Assembly (NCBI GenBank): GCA_965153355.1
Contig: OZ231126.1
Span: 46,190,001-46,254,000 of the forward strand
Source of the DNA: Flaccisagitta enflata
Lineage: Eukaryota
DNA length: 64,000 nt
Direction: 5' to 3'
Position numbers and translations under genes: made by a program. Every line of letters begins with the position of its first letter. Positions within the stretch are counted from its first letter, which is position 1. The notes beneath the pieces were generated by a model that did no database searches, was not told the DNA's origin, and was given only the letters and a program-made list of their open reading frames with translations. Shown one piece after another: positions 32,212 to 46,083 of this stretch.

Positions 32212-34985
32212 CTATCCAGCGATGATTCTCTTGAAAGTCGTCGCCGCTCTGCTGACGCGCTGGAATCCCGCAGTGGCGGCGACGCTTCCGGGCTTCACGA
32301 ACTCAGCCTCGACGACGATTTCCTTCAGCTTGGGATATCGACGGAATATTTGCGGGTCGAAATCTGTCTCAGCGCTTCCATTCTGCCGCTTTTCATCGTC
32401 CTTGTTCGCGCCTCCTTCTGTTATTCCGGTCATCATCTTTGCTGATCCAAACGGATTTCCGATCATCCACAGACTCCTCAACTCGGCCATGGAACTCGAT
32501 CCAACGGCTCGATTCAGATCCGATACGGACGGGATTTGATTGAAGGAAATGTCGAGAAAGTTGAGATTCGGTAAATGCCGGAAAATGGGCCGGATATCGG
32601 CGATGCCGCAATTACGGCAAGTCAGCGAGTTCAGATAAGGACCAAGATGTTCGAGAATCTCCTCGTCTAAATCCTGGAGATTCGCGTTAAAGGAGACGTT
32701 GAGAGAGACGAGACTCCAGTTGGCGCCCGTGCCGCGGATCAAACATTTCGGCAACGTCAGCAGATCCACGTCAGCGAGGTTCAAGGACACGCGACCCAAT
32801 CGATCGCGGTTGTTACGTTTGGGTTTCTGGTTCCTATTGTTGTCGTCGTCGTTGTCAACATCCTCGTCCTCGTCAACCGGTTTAAAATGCTGCTTCAATT
32901 TCGCATAAGGCCATTGTAAGGTCGTGATGACCTCCTCTAATTCCTCGCGAAATTTTGGGTTTTGATAATCGCTTATTTTATCCGCGGCGTCAGCGTCAGC
33001 GTCGCGCAACAGCAGCATCAGGAAGCTGACGTCAGCGGCGCCGCGATCCTCGACAGTCGTCCACGTGTGCAACCATTTTGAGAAACTGAATTTTTGACGA
33101 TTTCCATTTCCGATGATGAAATCAACCTCATCGTCGACTGGAACGTCTCGATGCTGTTGCCGTTGCTGCAGCAAAGGGATATCTCCTCCTGGTGGGAGTC
33201 TTTCAGGGGAGGGAGACGATGAAGAGGGGGTGTATGGCTGGGCGCCCGTGACTTGCATGCATTTGAGAAAACCGAAAAGTTCGACGGTTCCATGAAGAGC
33301 AACGACAACGATAAAGAGCAACTGAAATTTGATGAAGGAGAGGGAAGGTCAACAAGATTATTTTGGATTGAGAAAAGTAGTTATCTACAGGGAATAGACA
33401 CAAAACGCCACCGAAGAAAACATCATATTTCCACTTCTAGAATTGATAATCCAATTCTGAAAAAAGTCCCAGAAAGCGCTTTTAAACCGATTTCATAAGA
33501 TGCAAAATAAGTGAGCACAAATTCAAAACTGCAGCTGCACTGTAGCAATGAAAGAAACTTAAAAGTTGGCGAGGCATGCATTTTCTTGTTTGCGGGTTTT
33601 GGAGTGGTTACACTAATTTTGATGAAATTTTTCAACCTATTGAGCCAGAACCAGGCGGTCGGGCTTGAATCAAAGATATTTTGAGGTAGAGTATGAAATC
33701 ATAAAATGACCAAGCTTTTAATCTATGTAGAATCAGATATTAGCCCATCGAAGGCCAAAAACAACATTACATTTTGCTCTAGAAACCCTTGTGAAAAATG
33801 TATAAATTTGATGGAAATATGATGGGAAACTCACAAATCATTTCGGAAACTAAATTTTCATAAAAATATCTTCAATTTGATACCGCTTTCAGCTTTTTTT
33901 GCACAATTTGAAAATAGATAGCAGTGAATTAGAGTGCGTCCCTTGATAGTTTTCTGAAGAACAAGGCCGGATACACGGCCACCAGTTGCGGACGGGTGGG
34001 CAGGAGCGGTAATACGCGTTTTCCCACTTTTCGACTCGATCATTACGGACGGACGGACGGACCAACGGACGGACAAAGCCTCTTATAGAATTGCGTGTCC
34101 GCAACTAAAAAAGGTGATTTTTCTTTAACAAGGCCAAGTAGGCCAACGATGCGTCCTCTTTGAATGAATGTTTTTTATGAATGAATGTTTTTTTATGAAT
34201 GAATGTCATTTATGAATGAATAAATGATTTATTGAATGAATTTGAAGTTGTATGCTTCTTTTACTGGGTCAGGACCACTTTTCTGTTGAAAAAATGCGTG
34301 AATTTTATGTTTTTAATGAATGCGTTACCGACCAACCAACCAACCGACCGACCGACCGACGGACAGAGCCTATTATAGAGATGCGAGGACGCATCTAAAA
34401 ATGGGCGTATTTTACTGTAATTATTTTTTTTTCAAAACCAATGATGTTTTTCTATCATAGACAAAATCGGTTGGAAAGTTCTTCCAGGAACTTTTTTCAG
34501 AATTAGATTATCATTTCTAGAAACTGAAATATGATATCTTCTTTGGTGGCTTTTGGCGGGGTACTCCCTGTATATTCGTTTTTTCGAAATTCATTCTTTA
34601 ATGTTTTTGTTTTTGTTTTTTTTTTGTTACCTGTAAAATATAACTTGTGGTAGTAGTTTTATTGACGCAAATGAACTCGTATTGATCGATAAGAGCATCG
34701 TGTGTGGCTGGGTCGAGTGAGCATGGAAAGAAAAAGTCGAAATCTCCCTTAGTGACCTGATGAAGAAGCATAGTCGATTACAAAATACTTTCGCTCACTA
34801 GATCACTCGCAGACAGATGGAGCCTGTAAAACAAAAGCTTTGAACAGGGGCGGCTTTGTACAGGGGCGGTGTTGAGGATAGAAAAGAAAAACAATAACAG
34901 CAACACCAACACCAACAACAACATCAACAACATCAACAACAACAACGACGACCTAGAGAGAGAAATTCATTGAGTCAACAATAAA

Positions 34986-35067
<82 letters not shown>

Positions 35068-35243
35068 CAGAGAGAGAGAGACAGACAGACGGACAGACAG
35101 CATAGTCGATTACAAAATACTTTCGCTCACTAGATCACTTGCAGACAGACACACAGACAGACAGAAAGCTTTGAACAGGGGCGGCTTTGTACAGGGGCGG
35201 TGTTGAGGATAGAAAAGAAAAACAATAACAACAACACCAACAC

Positions 35244-35330
<87 letters not shown>

Positions 35331-35350
35331 CGACCTAGAGAGAGAAATTC

Positions 35351-35449
<99 letters not shown>

Positions 35450-37059
35450 AAGTTGAAGAGACAGATTGACTAACGAATTGAAAAAAAATCGGGATGAAAC
35501 AAAACATTCATATAAAGACAGTCGTAAAGATAACCGATGCGGAGGCTAATCAAGACAAGAGAAGAAAAAAGAAGGAATGAGAGTGGTTACATCACCTGGG
35601 ATGCGCCCCATCCGACGATGAGAAATGACAACGCGACGCCAATCAAACTCTTTCCTTGATAAATGAGGCTGACGCTCTTCAAACTACTCAACTCATCCGG
35701 AAGTTGGCGCAAGCTATCGTGAATTTCGAGTGCCGTTGATATATGCGCTTCGTCCCATTGCAGTCCGCGGACAGAAACGTAGCTCTCGACGGATCCGGCG
35801 TGAGAATTGTCATCGGCGTCATTTTCGGTGTCGCTTCGACTGCGCCGGTAGTAATCGAGGAAATTTTCCACTTTACGTTTTGTAACGGCGCCGTCTTTGC
35901 AGCGGCTCACCAATTCGGCGAATGTGCGCAGCTGATGCTGGCAGCTGCGCTGCCACGCCGACCGCAGTGCCAACAGCAGGAAGCACTGCAGCGACAGGAA
36001 GTAAGGAAAGTATTTGGCGTAAAGAGGCCATAATTCCGTACATTCCTGTTCAATGAAGCCCACTTGTTGGAGAAGCGGCGCGTTGGTTTGATTTGTCGAA
36101 ACGCATTGGAGATCGCCCGCACCTGATGATTTGGAGATATCCTAAGACATACTACGCGAATAAAAAAAACAGCCGCACTTTTAAATGGCAATTTATCATA
36201 TCAAACTTTAAAAAAAATCAAACAAAATCTTAGACCATTTTGAAGATCTCAAAAAGATCTTTCATTTGGCTCCAATCTGGTATTTCTAGCTTTTTTCGTT
36301 TAAAAATGGCATAAAAAAGAGTAAAAACATTGCCACTTTCAGTTTTGCAATCCTATTGAAAAATGAGCATTTTTGCAAAAGAGAGGTTCACTTTGGCAAG
36401 CTCTAACTTCTAAACGGTTTGAGAGACAGACCTGGGATTGGTCTAGAATGGAAGAAAATTCAAAAATCTTTAAAATCAGTTGAACAAAAAAATTTTGAAT
36501 TGATTTCTTGTGTCTCTTCTACTTAGCTATAAAAGGTGCGGCTTTTTTTTTTGATTCGCGTAGTACGTATGCCACATCAAGAACAAGGAGTGGATATCCG
36601 TTCGTTAAAGAATTGACAAAACAAAGCCTGAGAACAGCGTTAATCGGTGTGGTAAGCCATGTCCATGGGGCATGGGTAGAAGATACGGAACCATAACTAT
36701 ATCTCTGAACCGTTTTTGGTTGCGGAAACTCTTTAACAGGCTTTGTCCATCCGTAGGTCCATTCGTCCATCCGTCCGTCAATGGGACTCGAGTTTAAACG
36801 TGTAAAAATGTGTTGACCTTGAAACTTTTTTTCTTTTTTTTTGGGGTGGCATTTTTTTTTAAGGATGGACAAAGTAAAATTTTTATCTCATCGTCAACAT
36901 ACCTTCGAAAATGTCTGACGTGACGGAAGTAAGAGAGACGAGCATGGCTATATCGAGGGTGAATTTCACTATCACGTCCCACCATGGTTGGAGGACGCTG
37001 AAACCGTCATCCGTCGGTCCTGCCGACGCAATACGAAACAATCCGTGTATAAATGACAT
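32212..37059 (-). CDS. LRRC8 (VRAC subunit)-like protein, 639 aa, 4 exons: 37059-36903, 36122-35596, 34756-34631, 33321-32212
   Basis: All three introns are GT-AG with matching phases (1, 0, 0). Motifs align with LRRC8: FSVLQPWWDVIV (~YRILKPWWDVF), LQQVGFIEQEC...YAKYFPYF (~LQQYSFINQMC...YAKYFPYL), four extracellular Cys, ADVSFLMLLL (~NDFAFMLHLI), LQWPYAKLKQHF (~NEWTLDKLRQRL), then LRRs (LVSLNVSFN, LNSLTCRNC, LNFLDISFNQI, LRSLWMIGNPF). Paralog identity not assignable. Confidence 0.9.
33388..34570. mobile_element. Tc1/mariner-type MITE in LRRC8-like intron 3, carrying two HINE insertions (33960-34112, ~34128-34402)
   Basis: TA|CAGGGAATAG...TACTCCCTG|TA with ~85-bp imperfect TIRs. Confidence 0.8.
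34768..35448. repeat. ~332-bp tandem duplication in LRRC8-like intron 2 with (AAC)n and (AG)n tracts
   Basis: GCATAGTCGATTACAAAATACTTTCGCTCACTAGATCACT at 34768 and 35100, followed by the same downstream blocks. Confidence 0.9.
36152..36563. mobile_element. TA-flanked MITE in LRRC8-like intron 1
   Basis: TA|CTACGCGAATAAAAAAAACAGCCGCAC ... GTGCGGCTTTTTTTTTTGATTCGCGTAG|TA. Confidence 0.82.
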
Positions 37060-37881
37060 TCTCAATCGTTGATATTCCGCTCAATTTTATGCGACTTTCA
37101 AGAGAGAAAAAAACTTTTTTTTGAGGGAACTCGAAAACACAATTTGAGGTTCTTAGATTCGTGCTTCGTCAACTTAAAATAAGCTGATAGCGTCCTTATC
37201 AATTGCTCCTTGCGTTCTCGGGCCGCAGGGGTGAAGTAAATAGCTTCAAAATCAACCGGTTTCTGATCTATCGTAAACAGGTTCTTAGTCGCGTGTTCGC
37301 GACTCTATAACCCGCTTTGATGGTCGGTCGGTCGGTCGGTCGGTCGATCTGATCGTCCGTCCGTTTGTTGGTCGCCGTTAGGTTTTTTAGCGTTTTTGGG
37401 TGTCTTTTGCAATACTGCTCCTGCCCAAATGCTTGAGTTGGCATTTCTGATCACTGCCCCTGCCCACCCGCAAGCGACTTTGGTAGCCGTTTATCCGGCC
37501 TTGCTTTTCCATTTTGATTGAAAGACCTGATTCCTGGGATGATTACTGTGTATCAAATGCGTTGATTTTATTCGGGGGAACATAAAATTAACTGAGAATT
37601 AATTCTTAGAATCTTACGACAAGAGTAAAAAGCGCAACAGCATCAGTGGACAAGATAAGTGTAATTGCATCTTTTTAGATCAAACTAGAAAATCCTGGTC
37701 AGGTCAATATTTGTCGAACCAGTTGATGTTGAATAAAACAATTGGCTGTTCTGCCTTATGCTCTCTCTCATTTTCTGTCTGTCTGTCCGTCTCTCTCTCT
37801 CTCTCTCTCCTAGTTTTCGCCATTGCCCTTCCATCCGTAACGATATTGTAAACCGGTCTTTCTTTCTATCTATTTATCTAC

Positions 37882-37959
<78 letters not shown>

Positions 37960-38196
37960 GTCTGTCTTTCTTTCTTTCTTTCTTTTTAGTCGCGTGCTAC
38001 GCGACTCTACACCCCGCTATGTCGATCCGTCGGTTGGTCGGTCAATCGATTGGTTGGTCGGTCGGTCGGTCGGTTGGTCGGTCAGTTGGTCACCTTTTTG
38101 AGCATACTGCTCCTGCCCAAATGCCCTTGCGAGCTTCTACAGCATTGCTCCTGCCCACCTGCACGCGACTAGAGTAGCCGTGTCTCCGGCCTTTTT

Positions 38197-38239
<43 letters not shown>

Positions 38240-39465
38240 CTCTTTCTCTCTTTCTTTCTTTTTTCCTTCTTTCTTTCTTTCTTTCTTTCTTTCCGTCTTA
38301 TTCTCTCTTTTGACATTTTTTCTTCTATCTTTATCCTTTTTTTTTTTCGTTCTTTTTTTCTTTCTTTTTTTCTTTCTTTCTTTTTTTACATCATTTTAGA
38401 GGTGCACAATTTACTCAACCTTTTGTTAGTTATTTCGGTCGCCCAACTTTAAAGCAATCCTTGTGTGTGTCACTTGCAAAGATATCATGGCATACCTACA
38501 AAATCTTCCTGCACTTGTGTCTGAACATGTTCTTGTAAAATAAAACTAACTTGACTGTCATCCAATTACTGATAAAAATTTTTCCATTGTACAAATCAAA
38601 TGTGCCAGCAGACAGCTGGGGAGTAACAAAGGTAGTAGAGCTAATTACCTGTAATTTTGTGCTTTCTTCTAGCCGTGCAATTGCCATGTTAACTTTAGTC
38701 AAACATTATAACTGATTGTTTGTTAGAAAGTCCATATCAAAAACTTCATTTTGATACCATTTTTGACATGTTTGACCATATCTGGCTTGGCTTGTCGACC
38801 CAGACAGAAAAAAGTGAGGAAAAATGTTGCTGATGAGGGTCCGATAATTTTACCAAAATTATAGCAGACGTACACCTTGTCAAGGGCTGCTAGTGGGTGA
38901 AATCATTTCAACTCGGACTCACCCCCTTCAGGGTCAGATTAGGCATTTAAAGGTGGTGGTTATCAAGCCTAATTACTTTCCGCAGGAACTAGGCCTAACA
39001 CCCTGCTCTAAACGCAAAGTAACTAAAGGTATTGACTCTAATTACTTAGAAGTAATTAAAGCTAGTGACTTTTTTTCAAAAACTGATTCAACTATCCAAT
39101 TGAGGGAAAAAAAACGAATCAAAACCAAATGTGATTTTATCTGGGAACCTAGATATGCACAAGAGACGATGTCTGTCAGTCTGTCATCTGATTTGCCTAT
39201 CTGCCTGTTCCGTAGTTGTTCAATTGAGTCATGTCTTGACTTGAAAAGCTGCAGATATTGCGCCGATTGTACAGACTAGTCCACTCAGCAATGTTATGAA
39301 GGTTTTTTTTCTTTCTGGAATTACGTTCGCACACCAATACTTCGGGAAACAAATAAGCTCTCTCTTTTTCCATTGGTAAACAAACGATGTGTTCTCAACA
39401 AAATATAAGCCATTTTTATCTTAGTGCACGTAAATCTCCATTTCAATCATTATCATAGCGTCGCC

Positions 39466-39573
<108 letters not shown>

Positions 39574-39812
39574 AAGAGAGCGAGAGAGAAAGCAAGAGAG
39601 CGAGAGAGTGAGAGAAATTGAACTAAAAGATGGAAAATAAGGTGGAATTTTCAATGAAACGTTTCAATCTCGCAAAATTGTCGTTGGTTAGTAAATGCAG
39701 ACAATGTGTAAATCTGTAATCGCCTGTGTGAATATCCCTATCGCATCCATTGACGCACTGAAGCCAGACAAATTCCAAAAAAGAATCATGATGAACTTAA
39801 ATCTTTTTAAAG

Positions 39813-40382
39813 AATAGTCGCAAAAGCGTCAAATGGTCAGCGGTACCCATTGCCCCTAAGTAAGTGTATTTAAGATGTGAGGGTGAGAAGGGCAGCGGCC
39901 CGGAAGGCGCCAATGACCTATACTGGGCTAAGATTTGAGCATTGAGGCTGGGATTTGAGCCACGAGGCTGAAGTGGAGCCATCAGGCTGGAGTTGGAGCC
40001 TCATGGCTAAGGCCCTAAGCTCAAGGCTGGAATTGGAGCCTGCAGGCAAGGAATGATGCCTCAAAGCTGGAATTGGAGCCTTGAGGCAGGGATTGGAGCC
40101 TCAAGGCTGGGATTGGAGCCTCAAGGCTGAGATTGGAGCGTCACGGCCGCAATTTGAGCCTCGAGGCTGGAATTGGAGCCTCAAGGCCAGGATTAGGACC
40201 TTGAGACTAGGATTGGGGCCTGGAGGGTGGGATTGGAGCCTCGAGGCGGGGGGAGGGGGAATGGAGAAGGAGAAGAAGAAGAAGAAGAAGAAGAAGAAGA
40301 AGAAGAAGAAGGAGGAGGTGAAAATCTCCCATATGTGTGAGAGCATAGGTCATTGGCCCCTTTGGGGCCGCTGCCCAAAAAA
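39813..40382 (-). mobile_element. HINE-like family C2 with 21-bp GGATTGGAGCCTCAAGGCTGG minisatellite
   Basis: GGGCAGCGGCCC subterminal IRs; tail matches 44870-44907. Confidence 0.75.
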
Positions 40383-43300
40383 GGAGCTTAACACCTAACA
40401 CAATTTGGACCCCAAATCAGGCCTATCAGGCCCTAAATTAGGCCTTTCATGATTCATACCCTAAATCGGACCCCTCAGTCCCCAAATCAGGCTTTCCAAA
40501 CCCAAAATCAGGCTTTTCAGACCCATGTTCAGGCCTCTCAAACCCCAAATCAGGTCTCTCAAACCCCGAATCAAGCCTTTCAGACCCCAAATCAGGCCTC
40601 TCAGTCCCTCAAAATTAGCTTCTCAAACCGGAGAAAATTGTCCTATGTGGAATCATATGTCATCAGCTCCTCCAAAGCTGCTGCGCCTCTCATCTCATTC
40701 CCACATAAACCAACTTAGGGGCATGGGGTACCGCTGAGTTGCTGACCATGTAACGCTTTGGCGACTATTCATCAGTGTGCCCCAGCCCACTTGCATGCGA
40801 AAGGGGCAGCTATGTATCCAGCCTTGCTTTTTAAAATCGAATTCTAATCCCAAGCAATGCGCTACATTTGATTTGGCTAAAAACATTTTGAATGATGATT
40901 TTTAGTCGCGTGCTACGCGGCTCTACGCCCCGTTATGTCTGTCCGTTGGTCGGTCGGTTGGTCCCCATTTTATCTTTTTATGGTAATGTAGTTGTTAGCT
41001 TCACTGCTCCTGCCCAAATGCTCCAGTACAGTAACTCAAATGCTGCCCGCACCCGCACGCGACTGGAGAGGCCGTGTATCCGTTCTTGTTTTTGTCATCT
41101 CGCTTCTTTATTTGTCGCAACTTGCGTCAAAATGTTTTCTGCAGACCGCAATGCTTCAACCAGTCACAATATCGTTACAGACGGGTGGGCAGGGGCATCC
41201 TACCCCCATCCACACCCCATGCCCCTCTCACATACACAAAAAACCATCTAAAATGCTCATTTTCGCACTTTTCGACTCGTGTCCACGAACCGACGGACCA
41301 ACCAACCGACCGACGGACAGACAAAGCCTCTTATAGAGTTGTGTGTACGCAACTAAAAACGCCTTTCTTCCCGTTTAACCTGATTACAGCATGAACCCAT
41401 ATTTGGCTTTAAAAATGAAAATTTTATTTCTTATGAAAACTATATAGTGCGACCTATCAAATGAAAGGGAATCTTATCAGGATTAACATTATGCTGTCTA
41501 AAAATAGATAAAACCAACCTGAAAAATAATCTATACAAAATGATGCAAAAGATCTTGAATTTTTCGTTTTTTTAGAAAATCGCCTTGGGAAAGATTCTCA
41601 GAGTAATGGTTCTTTATTTGAATACTTATAAACTCTGCAAAAATGCAAAAACCCGCTTAGTAATATCATTCTTGTCTCAAACCTTATGTGAGTCAGCAGT
41701 GCAGGTAAATTTAAGTCGAAAGCGCCAAGAGATAGTCAGTGACAGCATGAAATGATTCATCTTCATGCAATAAAAGCGGCTATCGCCGACCAGAAACAAT
41801 TTGTATAAGTGGGACTCTTGTTCTCTGTAAAGGCCCTTCTATTAGTTTTCTCCTCATTTCCAGCAATTCAGTTTCTCAATAATGAGCTGCTTAATTGCCG
41901 TTCTTGTTGCAAGGTCATGTCAGTCAAACCAGTTAAATCAGTGAAGAATGACATTTTTAGTCGCATGCTACGCGACTCTACACCCCGCTTTGTCAGTCCA
42001 TCCGTCAGTCCATCGGTCCGTCCATCGGTCCATCACACTTTACTTTTTTTGGGTTTTTGGAATTTTGGCTTCACTGCTCCTGCCCAAATGATCTGGTGAC
42101 CTCAATTACAGCCCCTGCCCACCCGCATACGACTGGAGTAGCCCTGTATACGGCCTTGTTTATATGTTGGCCAGTTTTTAAACCAGTTTTCAGCCAAATG
42201 GGTAGGCTTGCAGCTTTTTCAAACCCACTGGTGCAATTACTTTGTTACTAGCACTTCAAAGTTTGGATATATTTCAACTACCTCATTTTTGAAAAAAATG
42301 CAAAAAATGCAAAAAAGATGATGTTTTGAAAGTTGCATTCATTCACAGCTGATAAAATACTGATTGCGATGAAATTTTGAAATACTGAGGAAATATTAAT
42401 GAAATCTACCAAAAAAAAAGTCCTTTAGTTACCCCCCCAGGCCCTTTGAGGCCTGGAATCTGCCCTCTCACTCTCAGGCCTGAAATCTGCCCTCTCAGGC
42501 CTGAAATCTACCCTCTTAGGCCTGAAATCTACACTCTCAGGCCTGAAATCTGCCCTCTCAGGCCTGAAACCTGTCCTTTCAGGCCCTGAATATGCCCCCT
42601 CAGATTCAAGACCTGAGAGGGCAGATTTCAGGCCTGAGAGGGCCTGGGGGGACTGACTGATGGATGGACGGACGAACGAACAAACAAAAGTCCCTCTGTG
42701 TTCTACAGGACTTCGTCCACTTTGGGGCCGCTGCCCTACTTCCTCTCACTCTGATTCACAACCATGCAAAGCAGAGCAACAGATATTGCTGACCACATAT
42801 TGCCCTTGGACGACTTGTTATGTTTTTTTTTTGTAACGGTAACTGGAAGTAAGGAGTCACTCATTAAAGTGTTGAAAGCTTTTTAGTTGCGGACATGCAA
42901 CTCTATAAGAGGCAACGTCCGTCCGTCAGTCCGTCAGTCCGTTGGCCGTTGGTCTGTCCATCACACTACTTAACTAGTCATCCAAGGATCGCACATGGTC
43001 AGCGGTACCCGATGCCCTGCTGGTAGTGATTCAGTGAAGAGGTGGAGTGAGAGCAGGGCAGCGGCCCCAAAGGGCCGATGTCCTGTAGAACACAGGGGGG
43101 AATTTCGAGACGTCCGTCCGTCCTGAGGGGGCAAATTTCAGCTTTTAGATGGCTGATTCAGGCCACTGGGGGCATATCTCAGGGCTGGAGGGCAGAATCA
43201 AGGCTTGAAGAGCAGATTTGAGGTTTGCAGGGCTGATTTAATGCCTGTAAGGCTGATTGAAGGTCTGGAGGGCAGATTTGAGGTCTGGAGGGTGGATTTG

Positions 43301-43583
43301 AGGCATGGGGGAGGCAAATTTCAAGTTTTGAGGGCTGATTTGAGGCCTTGAGGGCTAAATTGAGGCCTGGGAGGGCTAATTTGAGGCCCTGGAGGGCTAG
43401 TTTAAGCCTTGATGCTCAACAGGGGGGGGGACGGACGGACGGACGGACGGACGGACGGACGGAAGGACGGACGGACGGACGTCTCAAAATTCCCCCCTGT
43501 GTTCTACAGGACATCGGCCCTTTGGGGCCGCTGCCCAAAAAATGTCTGTGGGTTTGTACTACCTGGAATTGTTGGCTAACCAC

Positions 43584-44907
43584 TTTTGGGCAGCGGCCCC
43601 GGAGGGGCCGATGACCTATGTTTCCACATAGGGCAATTTTCTCCGGTTTCCGTCCGTCCGTCCAACCGTCTGTCCGTCCCCCCCCCAAGCCTCATATAAA
43701 GCCTCTCAGACCCCAAATCGGGCCTTCTCGACTCCAATTCAGACCTTTCTGACCCCAAATCAGGCTTCTCAGACCTCAAATCAGGCCTCCCAGACCCCAA
43801 ATCAGGCCCTCCAGACCCCAGATCAGGCTTCTCAGACCCCAAATTAGGCCTCTCAGATCCAAATCAGGCCTCAGACCCCATGTCAGGCTTTTGGGCAGCG
43901 GCCCCGAAGGGGACGAAGTCCTGTAGAACACAGGGGGACTTTCGTTCGTCCGTTCGTCCGTCCGTCCGTCCGTTCGTTAGTCCCCCCCTTCATCAGACCC
44001 CTCAGGCCTCAAATCTGGCCCCTCAGGCCTCAAATCCAGCCTCTCAGGTCTCAAATCCAGCCTCCCAGGTCTCAAATCTGGCCTCTCAGGCCTTAAATCT
44101 GGCCTCTCAGGCCTCAAATCTGGCCTCTCAGGCCTCGAATCTGGCCTCTCAGGCCTCAAATCTGGCCTCTCAGGTCTCAAATCTGGCTTCTCAGGCTTCA
44201 AATCCAAATTCTCAGGCCTCAAACCTGGACTCTCATGCCTCAAATTAGGCCTCTCAGGCCTCATATCAGCCATCTAAACCTCAATTTATTGCTCCCAGGC
44301 TTCAAATCAGTCCTCTGGCCTTTCAAGCCTTAATCCAGCTCTCTCAAGCCTCAAGTCAGCCCTCTCAAGCTTCCAATCGGCATTCTGAGGCCGTCTATCA
44401 GCCTTCTTAGACCTCAGTTTAGGCTCTTGAATGCCTTCAGTCAGCCCTCTATAGCATCTCATCCACCTCTTCAGGTAGGACGAACGAAAGTCCCCCTGTG
44501 TTCTACAGGACTTCGTCCCCTTCGGGGCCGCTGCCCTGCTTCCCCTCACTCCTATTCACAATCACTCAAAGCAGGGCAACTGGTATCGCTGACCACATAT
44601 TGCCCTTGGGCGACCTGTTCAGCTCCCAAATTAGACCTCTCAGACCCAAACAAGGCCTTTCAGACCTCAAATCAAGCCTCTCAGACCCCAAACCATGCCT
44701 CTCATACCCTAAATCAGACCTTTCAAAGCCAAAATCAGGCATCTCAGCCCTCCAAACCAGCTTCTCAAACTGGAGAAAATTGTCCTATGTGGAATCATAG
44801 GTCATTGGCCCCTCCGGGGCCGCTACCCCTCTCACAATCTCATTCCCACACACACTAACTTAGGGGCATCGGGTACCGCTGACCATGTAACGCTTTTGCG
44901 ACTATTT
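43584..44907 (+). mobile_element. HINE-like C2 copy containing a nested complete C1 copy (43889-44619)
   Basis: The outer ends are TTTTGGGCAGCGGCCCCGGAGGGGCCGATGACC and GCTTTTGCGACTATTT. The inner copy has ~55-bp subterminal IRs and 21-bp GGCCTCTCAGGCCTCAAATCT repeats, and is nearly identical to 47369-48009. Confidence 0.82.
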
Positions 44908-46000
44908 CTTATGCGCTTGGTCTGAATTATTTCCAAATTAGCAATTTCACAACAAGTCATCCAAGGATCGCACATGGTCAGCGGTACCCGATGCCCTGCT
45001 TGGAGTGATTAGCTGAAGAAGTGGAGTGAGAGCAGGGCAGCGGCCCCAAAAGGCCGATGTCCTGTAGGACACAGGGGTGAATTTCCATACGTCCTAAGAG
45101 GGCATATTTAAGGCCTTAGTGGCAATTTTCCATGATATTCAATGGGAATTTTGCATTTTTTTCAATTTCTTGTCAATTTGCCATGTTATTTAATGGGAAT
45201 TTCATATTTTTCTTAGTTTATCAATTTTTTCATGTTATTCAATGGAAAACATGCATTTTTTTGTTTTTTTCTGTAAATTTTCTATGTTTATCAATGGGAA
45301 GTTTGCATTTTGACAATTTTCCATGCTATCCAATGGGAAATTGAGGCTTGAGAAGCTTTTGGGGGGGGGGGATGGACGGACGTACGGACGTACGGACGTA
45401 CGGACGGACGTATGGAAATTCACTGCTGTGTCCTACAAGACATCGACCCTTTGGGGCCGCTGCCCAAAAACTGGAAGTGGCGTGCCGATACAAGGCGTCA
45501 TTTAGCACCATCTAGCGTCAGTCAAACTCATTTTTGGCGCCAGATTTGGATTCTGCATGGTAAGTTACGTTAGATTCGCTGGAGAATGAAGATTTCTGCC
45601 CAAGAAACATAAGCTTTTGCAGAGATATAGAGGAATTTGTCCAAAATTTTATTTTATAAGTTCATCAATTTGCTCTGGCGTGTAGTCCTTGACGCAATAT
45701 TTTTTCCATTGACAGGATGACAAAAGTTAAGGAATTTTTATAAATTTTATATCATAAGAGCATATCTGGTCATCTTTTAAGCCGGTGGTTTCGGGGTTTT
45801 CAACTTTTGATAATTTCCCAACGTCCAGTGGTTGGTCATTTTGCGTACACCTGCATCTATTTATATATTGATTTGCTTATCTGTTCATCTGATTGTGTGT
45901 GATAGATTGTAGATTGTTCACATATTGTCAGTAAATCTATAAACATCATCGCAAACAGGTTGGCAGGGGCGCACAGTCCAACCCCCCCCCCACTCTCCCT

Positions 46001-46083
<83 letters not shown>

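Noticed and set aside
36519-36872. 117-aa ORF in LRRC8-like intron 1 as an extra exon
   Set aside because: Overlaps repeat fragments; the phase-compatible frames hit stops; exons 1 and 2 already join with correct LRRC8 spacing.
43880-44858. ORFs with NLASQAS / RPERPDL heptad repeats
   Set aside because: By-products of the 21-bp minisatellite inside HINE family C; open on both strands and present in many copies.
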